Assembly (NCBI GenBank): GCA_001938485.1
Contig: MQRK01181505.1
Location: 1-55,626 of the forward strand
Length of the DNA: 55,626 bases
Source: Girardia tigrina
Taxonomy: Eukaryota
Direction: 5' to 3'
In this document: positions 26,357 to 39,700 of the stretch, piece by piece
Layout of the letters: every line of letters starts with the position of its first letter
Position numbering within the stretch: the first letter of the stretch is position 1
Position numbers and translations under genes: made by a program
Notes under the pieces: generated by a model
What the model was told of the DNA's origin: nothing
The model's input: only the letters and a program-made list of their open reading frames with translations
Database searches by the model: none

Positions 26357-26879
26357 TTATTTATACTTATGCAATTTATGATGTTTGATTGTGTGGCTTT
26401 AATGTTTTGACTTCTTTAAAAATAGAGAGATATTTATATTTATCAAAGGTATTTTGTATTATACTATTTTAATTTATAATATTTAATAATTGTAATTGAT
26501 TGCCTTTCGAAAGGAATTTCTGATTTTCGATTTGAAAATTTTCGTAAGTCAAGGAAACATGAAAGGAAAACAGTTTTCCATCACGGCGACTGCGTCTTCT
26601 TTATTAAAAGGAAATGTAATTTTAATTAGCTTTTACATTTCCATTTCGAGAGATTCGTTTCTGATTTTTAAGAATTTAATTACGAAAAAGAAATAAAACT
26701 AATTTTTACTTAGAACTATTTTATTTAAAAAAATTTTTGTTTTAGAAATGCATTGATTTTTTTTAATTTTTGTTTATTATTTTTATTATTTTTTTAGTAT
26801 TCTCAAACTAACTCTGAAATTAATATATANNNNNNNNNNNNNNNNNNNNNNNNNNNNNNNNNNNNNNNNNNNNNNNNNN

Positions 26880-26908
<29 letters not shown>

Positions 26909-26911
<3 letters not shown>

Positions 26912-27121
26912 GGTGAGTCAGAAGTCACCGGGCAGTCAAAACGACACAGGTTTTAAAAATTCAATTTATTATTACATTAAAATATGTACATAATCTAACG
27001 GAGTAAATGCTCAAAATGTTGGCTGTCTTCTTCAATACATTTTGCAGTCCTTCGAACAACACTTCGGCATAAATCATCACTAATTTCTGTGCAAGAATTC
27101 ATTATCATTGTCACAAGTTGC
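26909..27121 (-). mobile_element. Tc1/mariner-superfamily (rosa/DD41D-like) 3' end
   Basis: TA|CAGGGTG TIR; the minus strand ends RRTAKCIEEDSQHFEHLLR*. Confidence 0.7.
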
Positions 27122-27839
27122 AATAAATAATATTGCAATATTAAATTTTCTTCATCTCTTTACTACTGCTTAGGGTTAGTTTTAGGGGTTATGGTACGGC
27201 TGCTTAAAACTTGTCAATGAATTTTTACACAAATACTTCATTTTCAAATACAAGATACTGATTTGTTTGTTTCTATTGAAGTGTTTTCAAAATCCTCAAA
27301 ATGAATGTCTTACTTCCAAAGTTTGGGTTTTAGTTACATTTTGAATGTGAATAATACTTTTTGCGACAATTGATAGATCATCCTTCGCACAGTATGGCTT
27401 TTGTTGACCTTCCTCGCGAACTTCCCCTAGCCGAATCAGGTGATGGAGACTACCATAGCGTCAGACTTGCGATATCAAAATCAATAGCTAACTGTGATTA
27501 TTACTTTACCCTGACGAAAAACTAGTCGTCAAGTAAGATAAAAATTGAACTTCACGCATCGCGTCTTTCTAATAACATCATTGCAATGGACTTAGAACAT
27601 TTGTTATAGTAAATGGAATTTTATCCATTTTGGTGTTCTGTTTCATGTTTTTCCATTTCCCTATTATCCTTCCTATCAGTATTATTAATGCTGCATTATT
27701 AATAACATCAAAATTCCGATATCATCAAATTCCGAAGTATATTGTTATCGTAAAGAGACGACGTTTTTCATAGTTTTTTTATAAAAGTAGGATATTTTTT
27801 AATTTTTCTACGAAAGTCTACAATTGAATTGATCAATTA

Positions 27840-28260
27840 TTTGGCGCCGAGAGACTCAGAAGACCAGTGGAAATTTCTGAGTTTCAAGAATGCCAGGGAA
27901 CGCATTGGTTGGCAGTATGAATATTTATAATGAAGTAACCAGTCAAGTGTTGCAATCCATAAGTATATGAAAGCAGTCATTCATATTGTGCCAAATCTTT
28001 GTCCGGAAAAGTATGCGACTTCTATTTGAAACAAATAGAATATATTGGATTTGTGGCTAGAATATAGATAAGGTTTTCTATTCACCATAAGCCCTATCTA
28101 ATTATCTATCTACCCGAAAGCAAGAGATAATCATGAGAATGGCAGCTTCATTATGAGAAACTATCACTGAATGTGTCTCACGTCTTCAAAAATGTGTTTG
28201 CAGAATAACTAATATGTTGTCAGAATTTTGTAGCCAAAAGCGGCTCTTTTATTGGGAAGA
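27840..28260 (-). mobile_element. Possible highly decayed Merlin/ISXO2-like transposase
   Basis: Weak remnants ANTF, QIEVAYFSG and GLQHLTGY in the expected order; many stops. Confidence 0.3.
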
Positions 28261-28441
28261 AAACGTTTGTCGGTTTGCTGTTTCCAGTAGAAATATATTA
28301 ATATCTCCATACTTTATCGTTAATAACTGTTCTAAGAATTTGAAGTTCAGCAAACTTTAATTAGAAATCACACTTGAAAAACAACTAATATTAATATACA
28401 ACTAATAGTATTCAAATATTTCAAATAATCACGTAAAATAC

Positions 28442-28796
28442 CTTTTTAATTCTGTCTCCAACCTTTAACCGTCCGTCATATTTGGCAGGGCTGAAATCAA
28501 GAATCATTTTCACGAAAATATCATTTTCATCTTTCACTTTGGACTCGACAGTACCTAAAGTAAATCCGAGACCGATCGGAGCTAAACAATTATTAAAACA
28601 AACAATTAATTAAAAATCGATTGATTTGAGTGGAAAAAATTGTCAAATTACACCAACAAGACATTAATAATCAATTACATTTTCTCAAAGAGATATGGCA
28701 AATTTTGTAATTAATTTCCAAAGATTTCGATGATTTATCAGCGACATTTTTCAATGCTATATATTGAATACTTTTGCGTTTTTCTTTCACAAACAT
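28442..28796 (-). CDS. Two spliced exons of a PDZ-domain protein (PAR-3 PDZ2-like); remaining exons not found
   Basis: Exons 28796-28679 and 28581-28442, joined across a 97-nt GT-AG intron, read MFVKEKR...ICHISLRKSPIGLGFTLGTVESKVKDENDIFVKMILDFSPAKYDGRLKVGDRIKK, followed by a GT donor. Confidence 0.8.
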
Positions 28797-30052
28797 ATCA
28801 TATTATATTATTACGAGAATTCGGCAACGAAATTGTGAGAAAAAAATTAGTGAAAAGTGAAAAATCAATTGATTAAAAGTATTTCAATGAAACTTTTAAT
28901 TTCATAAAAATTATTAAATTATTAAATAAACTTTAATTATTTTAAACAAACTCAAGGTCAAATGACTGAGATATTAATAATGTTTTTTGATTTGCTTTAT
29001 GAATTAGTTTGATTCCTCATTTTGATTGATTACGAACTTTTATGATAAAATTCTTTAAAAATTGGTTAAATTTTATCATAAAATTGATTTAATTAATATG
29101 AAAAATGTAATTTAACATATTAAAATTTCAAATGTAATTTAATAATTTAATTAACCTGATTCAGAACTGAGTTACTATTTATTTATTTTATTGTTATTTT
29201 AATAAAAATTTAGGATGTTTAATTAAAAAATATGGAATTTTGATTGTTGAATTCGATTTTTTAAACACTATAAGGATTTTAAAATAAGCGAAATTAAACA
29301 CACTTTCGATCTTTTTCTCTACTTTAACAATCATTTCGCAGATCTCCGATGTTTCAAAATTATTTCAAAATTCAAAAATTACTATGCTTTACTATTTTAT
29401 GCATTTATTGAAGTGCAATTATAAAAATTTATTTTAAAATTCAATCTAAAAATTTTTATTACGTGATTTATAATTTACAAATTATTTTATAATTTAGAAA
29501 TTCTTATTTTTAAAAAGGATGTTTTAGTCTGAATGATCTTTTCAGTTTTAAAATTTATTTATGTTAAGCATCTCACTTTCATCGTAGCGCCAGGACCTTC
29601 GGTGTCGACATAAAATTTCAACCACAACACATGCCTGAATTATAGCCTTCGTCTGGAAACACGTTTCAACAAACGAATCCAAACACTCAGCATTTATGGT
29701 CCAAACGAAGGCCTTTATCCATTCTCGGACCAAAGAAATTCATAGCCTTTGTTTCTGATACAAAGAACGAGGAAATTCTCAACAGCTTTTGGAACGTATA
29801 ATTTGAATATTATTAAACCAAATTTCTTTTCGTAGGCTAAAATGACAAAATACATTTTCGCAATCATTTTTTGCTATTTTCCTTTAAAAAAAGATATACT
29901 TCGAAAATCGTTTTAAAAGTCTTTATTTGCTGTTTCAATTTTTGAAAAGTACAACTTCATCTCCAAGTCACACTTGACTTAAACAACCATAAAAAAACTT
30001 CAAACTTATTTTAATTTATTTTATGAACAATATATATTTAATTTTATACATA

Positions 30053-30550
30053 CAGTTGCGAGCAAAAGTCTGTGGTGAGTAAAAAAATCACAATTTTCTC
30101 AATTAAGCGATGAGTTTGATAAGGTGGCAAGCTTAAATTTTGACCATATATGTAATTTTTATAAGCTTTTACGCAAAAAAATATTTTTTTTAATTTTGTT
30201 AATATTTTTTATGATGAACAAAAATTCTCAAGGATAAAGAAAAGATTTTGAATCGGCATTGCACAAATCAAAGGTGCAATGGAAGATGTCAATATAGCTG
30301 TTGTAGACTCTACAGTGTACAGTATTGTGAGACGACGCTTAAAATTATGCTTAGAAAGTATGAAGAAAGATATATTTGTAATCTATTAAAGGAGCTACTT
30401 TTTATGTATCATACAAAGATGCCGCACTTTAAAGAATAATCCTTATTAGAGAAAAAAATGATATTGAAATGAAAGTACAAAAACGATAAATTATCCTTGC
30501 AATGACCATCGCCAATCTACCGAATGTAAAATCAAACATTTGTAATAGTT
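30053..30550 (+). mobile_element. Decayed Tc1-like element, left end
   Basis: TA|CAGTTGCGAGCAAAAGT TIR; weak remnant of the WP..SPDLN region near 30500. Confidence 0.5.
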
Positions 30551-31398
30551 GGTATTTGGAAAACAATTCCTCGAACTCGGTGTTAGAGTTACGGTTAAGA
30601 TAAAATACCTGGTAGTGGTGCGATTCTATTTAACTCTTTTTTTGAACCCATTTTAAAAAAAATAAAAGTTAAATAAATATTTTAAATAATTAAATTATAA
30701 TAATTAATTAAAGAAAATTAAAATAATTATTAAATAATTAAATTATATAAAAAATTTAATTTAATTTAATTAAATTAAATAATTAAATTAAATATATATA
30801 AGTATTTTTATAAATAAGTATATGTGAGATCATCACGTTCATATGGTTTTCTAATGATTACCGCTTCAATTAATTATTCACTTTGTTCGCAGTTAATCGA
30901 TTCTCTTTGCCGGTTTTCCGCACAAATTTAGTCTCAATTCAACGCTAATTACCAAAATAAAACCAATCGTAAAACATATAAATCCGAATTTGAATTTAAT
31001 TCATTTTGATTTAATCGAATTCAAATTTGAATGATACTCTTTGGGTTTGAATTATTCAAACAAATTAATTTTCGTTTTGTCCAATTAAATGAATCCATTT
31101 GAATAAACCAATGGAAAATCATTTTGGACCATTTTACCAACATAGTATGTTTGCAAGCGTGTGTGTGTCATTGAAGCAGTGTTGAGCGAGTATGTGTGTT
31201 AATCAATTGGAGCAAAAATGAAAAATATCTTTGTGACGTGTTAATGAAAATGGATTGGGTGTGTGTGGAGCAGAGTTTTTTGTCAGAATGATTTAATCAC
31301 AATTAATGTTATAAAAAAAATTAAACAATTTTTTTCTGAAAAAATGTCAATTCAAATGTAAAATTGTTTTTCAATAAGATAAAAATTAATTAAAATAG

Positions 31399-31779
31399 AA
31401 ACGAGCACAAAATGCGATTTGAAGTCGGCAATCGAACAATATGTGGCGACGAAATTTTCATCTCACGCAGAAAAATGCATTTTAGCGGTTGAGGCGTACA
31501 AGAGCGTCAATTGGAAGAGCTTGCTTCGAATTGTCGCTTTGATTCGCAGACGGAGAAATTATGCAATTGTGATATTCAGTGCTAAGAAACTCGCCAACAG
31601 TTCTCCACACAATATTCATGTGATAGATGTGATTCCAGTTGATAATAAAACTAAAATCAGTGACGATCTAACTCGATCTAGTAGCGGCGCGATACAACCA
31701 GCAGTCATAACCGATGAACAATTTAATATCATTAAGTTATTCGAAGTTCAGTCGGAGAAATGTTATGATGTATTGTTAG
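31399..31779 (+). CDS. Exon encoding an INPP5B/OCRL-type N-terminal PH domain
   Basis: EKCILAVEAYKSVNWKSLLRIVALIRRRRNYAIVIFSAKK...VIDVIPVD resembles INPP5B EYCVIAVQG...SRLLGLVR...HALFLY...LDQIVPVS; AG acceptor at 31397-98 and GCAAGT donor at 31780; no phosphatase exons found downstream. Confidence 0.6.
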
Positions 31780-32384
31780 GCAAGTCAATTACAACCCTTT
31801 TCACTACAGAAAAAAACACCCAAAACAAACGAGAATTGTAGATCATACCCACCAATTTAAAAATTTTAAATTCTCAACAAAAACCCAAACTTTCTTTAAT
31901 TCTACAAATTTTTTTAAACAAACCAAACCATTTCAAAAAACTTTCACACCACCCCCCACCTAACCCCCAATTTACCAAAACACATCCAAAAATCCAAACA
32001 AATAATAAATTAATTAAAACTTAAAATACTAATTTCTTTTGGTTAACAGCCAAATATTTTTTTAAACACATAATACTTTACTCCTATAAAAGCAAATTTT
32101 CCACTCCAAAAACCAAACATTTAAATTGTCTTTAGTTGTGGGGAGAAAAACTCTACAAACCTTTTTCCCCACTTCAAAAAAAGACCTCTGACTCCCAAAA
32201 CCAAAATTCTTTAAAATTCTTAAACTACTTGTAGAAAAAATCATATAATTCAACAAAATAAACAACACCAAACACTCAAAACTTTTCTACACAACCTTTT
32301 AAAACTCACAAAGCAAAAAACAAAAGAAATTCAATCTCTCAAAGAAAAAAAATATAAAAAAACTAACAAACACATTACAAAAGA

Positions 32385-33699
32385 CAAAATAGACTGACTT
32401 TGTGTCTGCGCGAGGCAGAATTGTCCAGACAGTTGAACCGTTTCCGCAACCATCGGCCAGCGGCCATGGTAACGCTCCTCCATGACTCGTATATCTTGAT
32501 GGAACCTCTCTCCTTGCTCCTCACTGTAATCTTCGCAGTTGTCTGGAAAGTAGTCCAGATGAGAGCTAAGAAAGTGAAGCTTGATAGACGTGCGCGCACC
32601 GAGTGCTTGAAAACGCTTTAACAGATCAGTAACAACTCTCTGTTAGTCTTCGCTGCGGTGGTTGCACATGAAATTTTGAATAATCGACTTCAGAACAGTT
32701 CATGCACGTATCTCCTTTGGCGTAAGTGATTTGTCGAAATTGGGATCTTTCATGATCTCTCTTATCTGCGGTCCATCGAAGATTCCCGCAAGTATTTTTG
32801 CCTCTGAGACTCTTGGGAATTTCTTCTTCAAGAAAACGACAGCTTTGCCATTTTTCTGAAGTACCTTCACAAAATTTTTCATCAGCCCAAGCTTGATATG
32901 AAAAGGCGAGAGAATAATTTTTCGTCGATCCACAAGGGGTTGTGATAGCACTTTGTGAGAACCGGGTACAAGCTCATCTCTGGCTAGCCAGGCACTCTTA
33001 ATGAAATGATTCTGATCACCCCTACTGTCCACATACACAAGAAGCAAGGTTCTTTTATGTATCCGCCTTGCGGACCAAGAATAAGTGCCACAACCTACAA
33101 TAAATGTCAAAAAAAATTATAAATTCAATGAAATGCTAAATATATCAAATACTTACCTTCATGTCTCCACAAATGAGCCACCCGTGACTCTTGTAATTCA
33201 AAGAGTTTAGTACAAGATCCATGTTGTTATACGTTTCGCTCATATGAACTGAGTGGCCAACAGGAACACTGGCCATCTTGTTGCTATTATGGATGAGGAC
33301 TGCTTTCAAGCTGCGACTTTAGGTGTCTATAAAGAGAACCCATTCTTTATGTTGATACACTACACCCAATGCTGTGATTAGATCACCAACATTATTGCAG
33401 TACACCAAAGATGCTTCTTCGTTCATTTTGAAGAACTGACGAAACTCCTTCTAACGATCTAGATACCAGTAGTAGGTCACATCTGTCGACAGCAAATAAT
33501 GTTCATTGAGTCACGATGCCAGTAGCTCTACCTACTCATTGAGCTCTTCCTACGTTAATGGCCTGGGCTACTTGGAGTCCATGTGTGATTCTTTTGAAGC
33601 ATCGCTTTCACTGCATACATCAGTGGTTGATGATAATGAAGTGGAAGAAGAGTCAGGAGGTTTAGGAATTGGCAACCCAGGACCATGCGGAATGGGTCT
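32385..33699 (-). mobile_element. Chapaev3-type (CMC) transposase pseudogene with a spliceosomal intron
   Basis: RPIPHG...WVLFIDT*SRSLKAVLIHN...WLICGDMK|VVALILG.QGGYIK.PCFLC.W...FHIKLGLMKNFVK...GIFDGPQIR...SHLDYFPDNC..SEEQGERFHQDI; intron 33156-33095; stops and frameshifts. Confidence 0.78.
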
Positions 33700-34705
33700 C
33701 TAAAATCATAATGTTTTATTTAAAATTAAAATTGTATCAATTTGTATTAAAAGCATAGTTATAATTAAACGTATTTTTAAAAAAAAACTACGTTGTAAAA
33801 TAAAAAATCATTATGCTTTGTTTACAATTAAAGTTGTATTAAAAATAATTATAATTGAATGTTTTAACCCATTAAAGAAAAATAAAAATATTAAGAAATT
33901 TAATGTTAACAGTAGATGTGCCATTACATTATAAAGTATTACATTTTTATTACATTACATTTTTATAAAGTATTTTAAAGATTTTTATAAAATTATAAAA
34001 TATTAATATATAAATTAACGTAATAAAAAAATAAATTCAATTTTAATTAACGTTTTAATAAATAAGATATCAGTATTATAATCCAGTATTTTTATTTACA
34101 ATTAATCTGGTCAAAAAAAAGAAAACAAAAGAAATGTTCCTCGAAGAAAATTGTTTAAATAATTTTTATTGTTATAGGAATGAACTTTGGTGTTAATGAA
34201 TTATAATCTTGATCAAGAACCCAACGAATATCAATAAGTAAAATAATTATAATAAAAATATGTAAAATTCCAAAAAAAATAATATTTCCATCTTTTCTTT
34301 CGACAGCTTTCAAAAACTTTAATATTTAGAGTGTAAAAGTAGCACGAGATGTTTTAAAAAAATATTTTTTTCTTTTTAATATGTATTTGATCAACTCGGA
34401 TTTTCATTATTTCAAAAATTTTTATGATTATTATTTTTAATTAAAACCTTTTAGAAACTTGAAAAAAAATTGTAAGAAAAACATTTGCAAAAAGTATTAA
34501 AACATATTGGACTGATAAAAAAATATTAACAAAATAATATGCAAAAATATTACGTAAAAATATTAATGATCAATTAAAAATAGTGAAAAATGTAACAATA
34601 AAATAGGTTAAGTGATTCGTTTATCTTGTGACTGGTTTTGGTATTCATTTCCGGTTTTCCATGATGTTTTCGTCCTTAATTAGTTTATGTTAACGAAATC
34701 AAGTG

Positions 34706-34734
34706 TATATAAATGTTAGATTTAAACATTCATT
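34706..34734 (+). promoter_or_regulatory. Candidate TATA box plus Inr for the SH3-SH2 gene
   Basis: TATATAAA at 34706 and TCATT about 25 nt downstream, shortly before the ATG at 34759; motif chance is high in AT-rich DNA. Confidence 0.35.
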
Positions 34735-34758
34735 ACTGATTAATTATTTCTCATTGCA

Positions 34759-36630
34759 ATGAATTATTCTTCAATTTCAGGTAAAAAAAACTCTTTCATC
34801 CTTTATTTTTTATTATTTATCTATTTATTTATTTCTAGAACAGGAAGACAGCTCAACAAGATCGAGTTGCAAAAGGTTAAAAAGAACTTTTCCTAGGAAA
34901 AAACTCTGCAAACAAACAGATGAATTGTTGGGTCTACAATACGATTGTCAAACTGTTAGAGAGGGAGGGAATTATACTTCCCAAGGGCCATTAGATTTAT
35001 CTTTTGAAAGAAATGACACCATAAAGGTCATTCAAAGGTTTAATGATAACTGGCTGGAAGTTGTTAGAACTAAAGACAATACTCAAGGTTTAGTACCGCT
35101 TTCTAATTTTATCAAAGTGAATGGAAGTCCACAAAGTTCTGACGCTTGGATGGACGTTAACAGAAATCAAGCCAAACAGCTCTTAATGAATCCAAAGTTA
35201 AAAAAAGGAACGTATATTGTGAGACCATCAAGTAGTAAGTAAATTACTATAATATTTTTATGACCGTTTGGTTGCAGGAAACAATTCATTAATAATACAA
35301 TTAAACAGTTAACTATTTTTAAATAACTGATTTATCTACATAAATAATCGCGGAACAATAGACAAATATTTATTTTCTAGCAAATCATTTTAATAGGTTT
35401 ACCGTTATTATGTCTCCTATGCCACGTTTTATTCGTATTGTGTTATACAAGTTCTAAAATGCTTTTTATGGAAACAAGGCTACAAAGATCACGAAGATTA
35501 ATTCTTTTTCGACAGATGAAAACTGCGTTCTAGGAAACTTCGGATTTGGCGAAAACGTATTTTAGGATTCTTAAATTCTATTCTAGTACTATATTTGAAA
35601 CGCACATTAGATGCTTCAAATAATCATCTTCTTTAAATGCTTTATTCAAGCCTTTTTATTTCAAATTTTAAAAATATTTTATACAAAATGGCTCGAGTTC
35701 GAACTTCTGCATGAGAATGACTTTTCGTTGAATCTTCATCCTAACCCTTAAATTTTAGATACTTACACTTAATTGTATCTGAAAATAAATATCAATCTGA
35801 GAAATTTAAATGGAATCTCAAAAATAAATAAATTTTAAACTAGTAAATCAAAAAGTGAAATTTTTTATATTCATTCTTTATGTAGACAGAACTCTACTTT
35901 GCCAACAAAGATTTTAATTAAAAAAAATATTTAAAAAAGAAACACAATAAAAAATTAATATAAACTATTTATAATTTATAAGAAATTTAAAAAATAATGG
36001 CAAATTTTTATTAAAATCAAATTTTATTTTCGCAATATATTTCTATGGATTTTCCACCATCTTCAGGATGAATTAACAACAATTTCGCTGTCTCATATAC
36101 AGCAAATTGATGATTTGTTTGAGACTTGTTTGGACATTAATGAACGGATTAAGTGATTTAATCAATAATGCTTCACAAGTAACTCTTTCCCAATAAGTTT
36201 TAAAATCATTACATAATATTTTAAAATTAGTTGTTTTCACCTCCGATCTACAAACCATCATGTGTCCAGTAATATTACTCCCATTACCCAATCGTCCATG
36301 CTCCTGAATCCGTTTACAGAGATGACGAGACGTCTCTCCAATGTATGTAGCGTTGCACCCATTACACGAAAATTGATAAACCAGATTGGAGCATAAACTC
36401 AAAGGAGTACGAGATTTATTGTTCAACATACTTTAAATTTTGTAAGATTTAGAAAGTATTGTTAAATTCAAATTTTTACTATCGATTGATTTTTAAATAA
36501 ACGATTTAATTTTTTTTAACCTTCTGAAAAAGGAACGATTAGCGTATATCCAATTGTTTATTGATATATAAATAAAATGAATTATAATTATAAAATTTAG
36601 AATATAATAATGATAATAATTAACACACAT

Positions 36631-36701
<71 letters not shown>

Positions 36702-39700
36702 AGGATGAACAAAATATATCCGAATCAATTCTTTAGTTTCTTTACATAACTTTCATTTAAAGTGCTTGAAATTGTAAATTGTCATATTTGAAAATTAGTT
36801 ACATTGTAATTACCATCAGCATAAATCTGGTTTGTGATATGACTTCGGATCACTTAACTAATCATACAAGCTTACTACTGAAGACATTTATCTTGACGTT
36901 TTTAACCTATCAACATTCGATGGTAAGATCGAAAAGGACTTCTATAATAATTGGTTACGGGGTATAAGAATTCAATTCCGAAAAGTGACTTTTAGGAACT
37001 ACTAACCACATCCATAGTGGAGATAAAGCGCTAATATTACACTATACAGGTTTGATGAGATAATAACTAAAAATAACAATATGAGCTCTAGCGATTTCAT
37101 AATTTTAGGACGAGCATTTGTATTACTTTCTCATATTTAATTGCGAGGACAAGCAACAACTCTAATTTCAGCTTTAAAAACATATATTTAAATTATTACT
37201 ATTGGGTTCTTGATCAAGAGAGGAAGTCCTTAACGCAAAACGTTATTTCTATAACAATTTATATCAAACCATTATAAATAAAAATAGATATAAATATTGA
37301 TATTGTTATGACATTTATTAAGAATTTAAATTTTATTTTTTTTGTTAACATTAAAGAGTTATTTTAATAAAATTTTGCCACAATGATTTTGTTGCATCCT
37401 TCATTATATTGCCATTTTATTATACATTTTAATTTACCCGTTTCTCAATTACATTTCCCCATTCTATAAAATAAAATTTTCATTTCGTTTTCATAATCGT
37501 TTAAAAATTATTTTTAGATTTGGTAAAATAACGTTTTAAAAAATAAAATTAAAATCGCAATTTTTGTTTAATTTAACAACTTTTCAATTACCCTGTTTTT
37601 ATATAAAAAAAATATATTTTAGATGTTTTCATTTAATCCATTTTTTAATGAAAGTTATATTTTCATTTTGTCTTAAAGCAATTATATTTTAATTTAAAAT
37701 TTATGAATTAATATCATTTTTGATTTGTTTCATATTGACATAAACGTTTTACAAAATAATTTTCTAGTTTATTTATTAGTTTTCACATTAAATTTTACGT
37801 TTCATATAAAATTATAATTTACTTTATTAATAAATCTATTTATTGGTTATATGTTAAACATTAAAAATTAGTTTTATATGAATTCCTTTTTTATACTATT
37901 TTATAAAAATCTCATTTTAACATGATCTATAAATCTACTTTCCGAAATGTAATTATTGAATTAATAAATGGATAACATTTCAAATTCAAATATTTTGTGA
38001 ACTCAAAAAGGCTTCAAATAATTACAGTTAAAAAGCTCATTTTTTAAATTTAAAAAAGATCTTTGAAAGCTTTGACTGGTAGATCTTTTCCTTCTACGTC
38101 GAGTATATCTTGAATGCTTTTTGGGAGTTGAATGATGAAAAAAATCGAGTTCTCAAGGAGGTTATGTTTGCAGTAAGTACAGAAAGATGACTTAGCTGAC
38201 AATAAGAAAATTATAAAATATCAATCAATCGTCAGAGTATGAAAGCTACAAAATTCAAGGAAAGGTTTAATAATATTTTTATTACTTTTAGGTCCATAAA
38301 ATCCACTTACTGATATTTGAAATTATAATTAAAACTTGAATATCAGTTTATTAAATTATATATTAACATAAAAAATATTTAATCTTCTTATATGTTCGCT
38401 TTGAGATTATTTTTCGAATCTTGGTTTATAGAAGAATCAGAAATTGTCATTATTCAAAATTTTATTTATGCAACACAATAACATATTTATCGAACAAATT
38501 TTCGAGGACCAATGTTCCTTTTGTACAAATACATAAAGATAATGTAATATAAATACGAATACTTAAATTATTATTTCTTTTAATAAAATTTTATCCTTTA
38601 AAAATTTCGTTAAAATTCTTTTATTTTAATTAATTTTATAAAATCTTCACATCAAATTTATTTAAATTATAAAGTTGCTATTTAATCGTTAAATATATTT
38701 TTAAGTGAAAATTTAAACTAAACTCTTCTATTGTTTATTATTATAAAATTATCATTTTTTTAAAAATGTTAAACCAAACGTTTCATTTTGATTTTATATT
38801 CTTATATAAATGTCTAAAATATTTTAAAATATTTTGAAAAATCCTTTGAAGTATACTAAATACTTAAATTCAAAAATTTATGCGAACTCTCTAAAGTTTT
38901 CACGTTATATATTTAGTCTTATTTTAAAAAACGTAATTTTTTTAAAAACATGCTACTTAATGGAGCTTCCTTTTCAATAAATCCTAAAAGAAGGATAAGC
39001 TACACAGAAGCTGGAATTATTAATCATCAATTAAAAACATACACCCCCTTATATTAACTTATTTATATTTATATGTATTACTGTAATGATAGATAATGTC
39101 AGTTTCATATCTGAATAATACATTATAAAACATGATTAACCAGTTTTGTTGAGCCTAACCGGAATTTCAATCAATCTATTCCATCGCTTGATGAACATTC
39201 AAAATAAAAACTTTATCAACGTACTTCTGTCCATGTAACGGTCAATGTCAATAGCGGGTCTATCAAATCAAACCACCCACTGAAAGTCGAGTTTAAAGGG
39301 TTAAACCATAAAGTTATACATGATAAACAAATCAATGTTTATCTTAACAACGTTTTATTACAAAAATTAATCTAACATTTTAAATGATAATACTATGTAA
39401 TTTAATGATTGAAAACTGCAAATGATTTAGTTAGAAATAAGACTGATAAAATTTACAGTCTTCCTTAAAGTAAACGTCATTGAGTGCGAAAAGAAGTATA
39501 ACGATCTTTAAATAATGTGTAATCGCTGGAAGTCGAACTCATATCGTATTCATGTAAGGCATAAATGCTGACTATTACAACTGTATGTGGTCATCTGTAC
39601 AAGCCAGTCAGACATACTTCTTCGTAGTGTAGATTGGATTCGATTTCGTCTCTTGGCTAAAGTGTCTGAAAGTTTGCCGATTTCTGTGTCAACTGAGTAT

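Noticed and set aside
35757-35830. Alternative third exon of the SH2 domain
   Set aside because: It has an immediate in-frame stop, and exon 39997-40161 gives the canonical YALSVR in the correct phase
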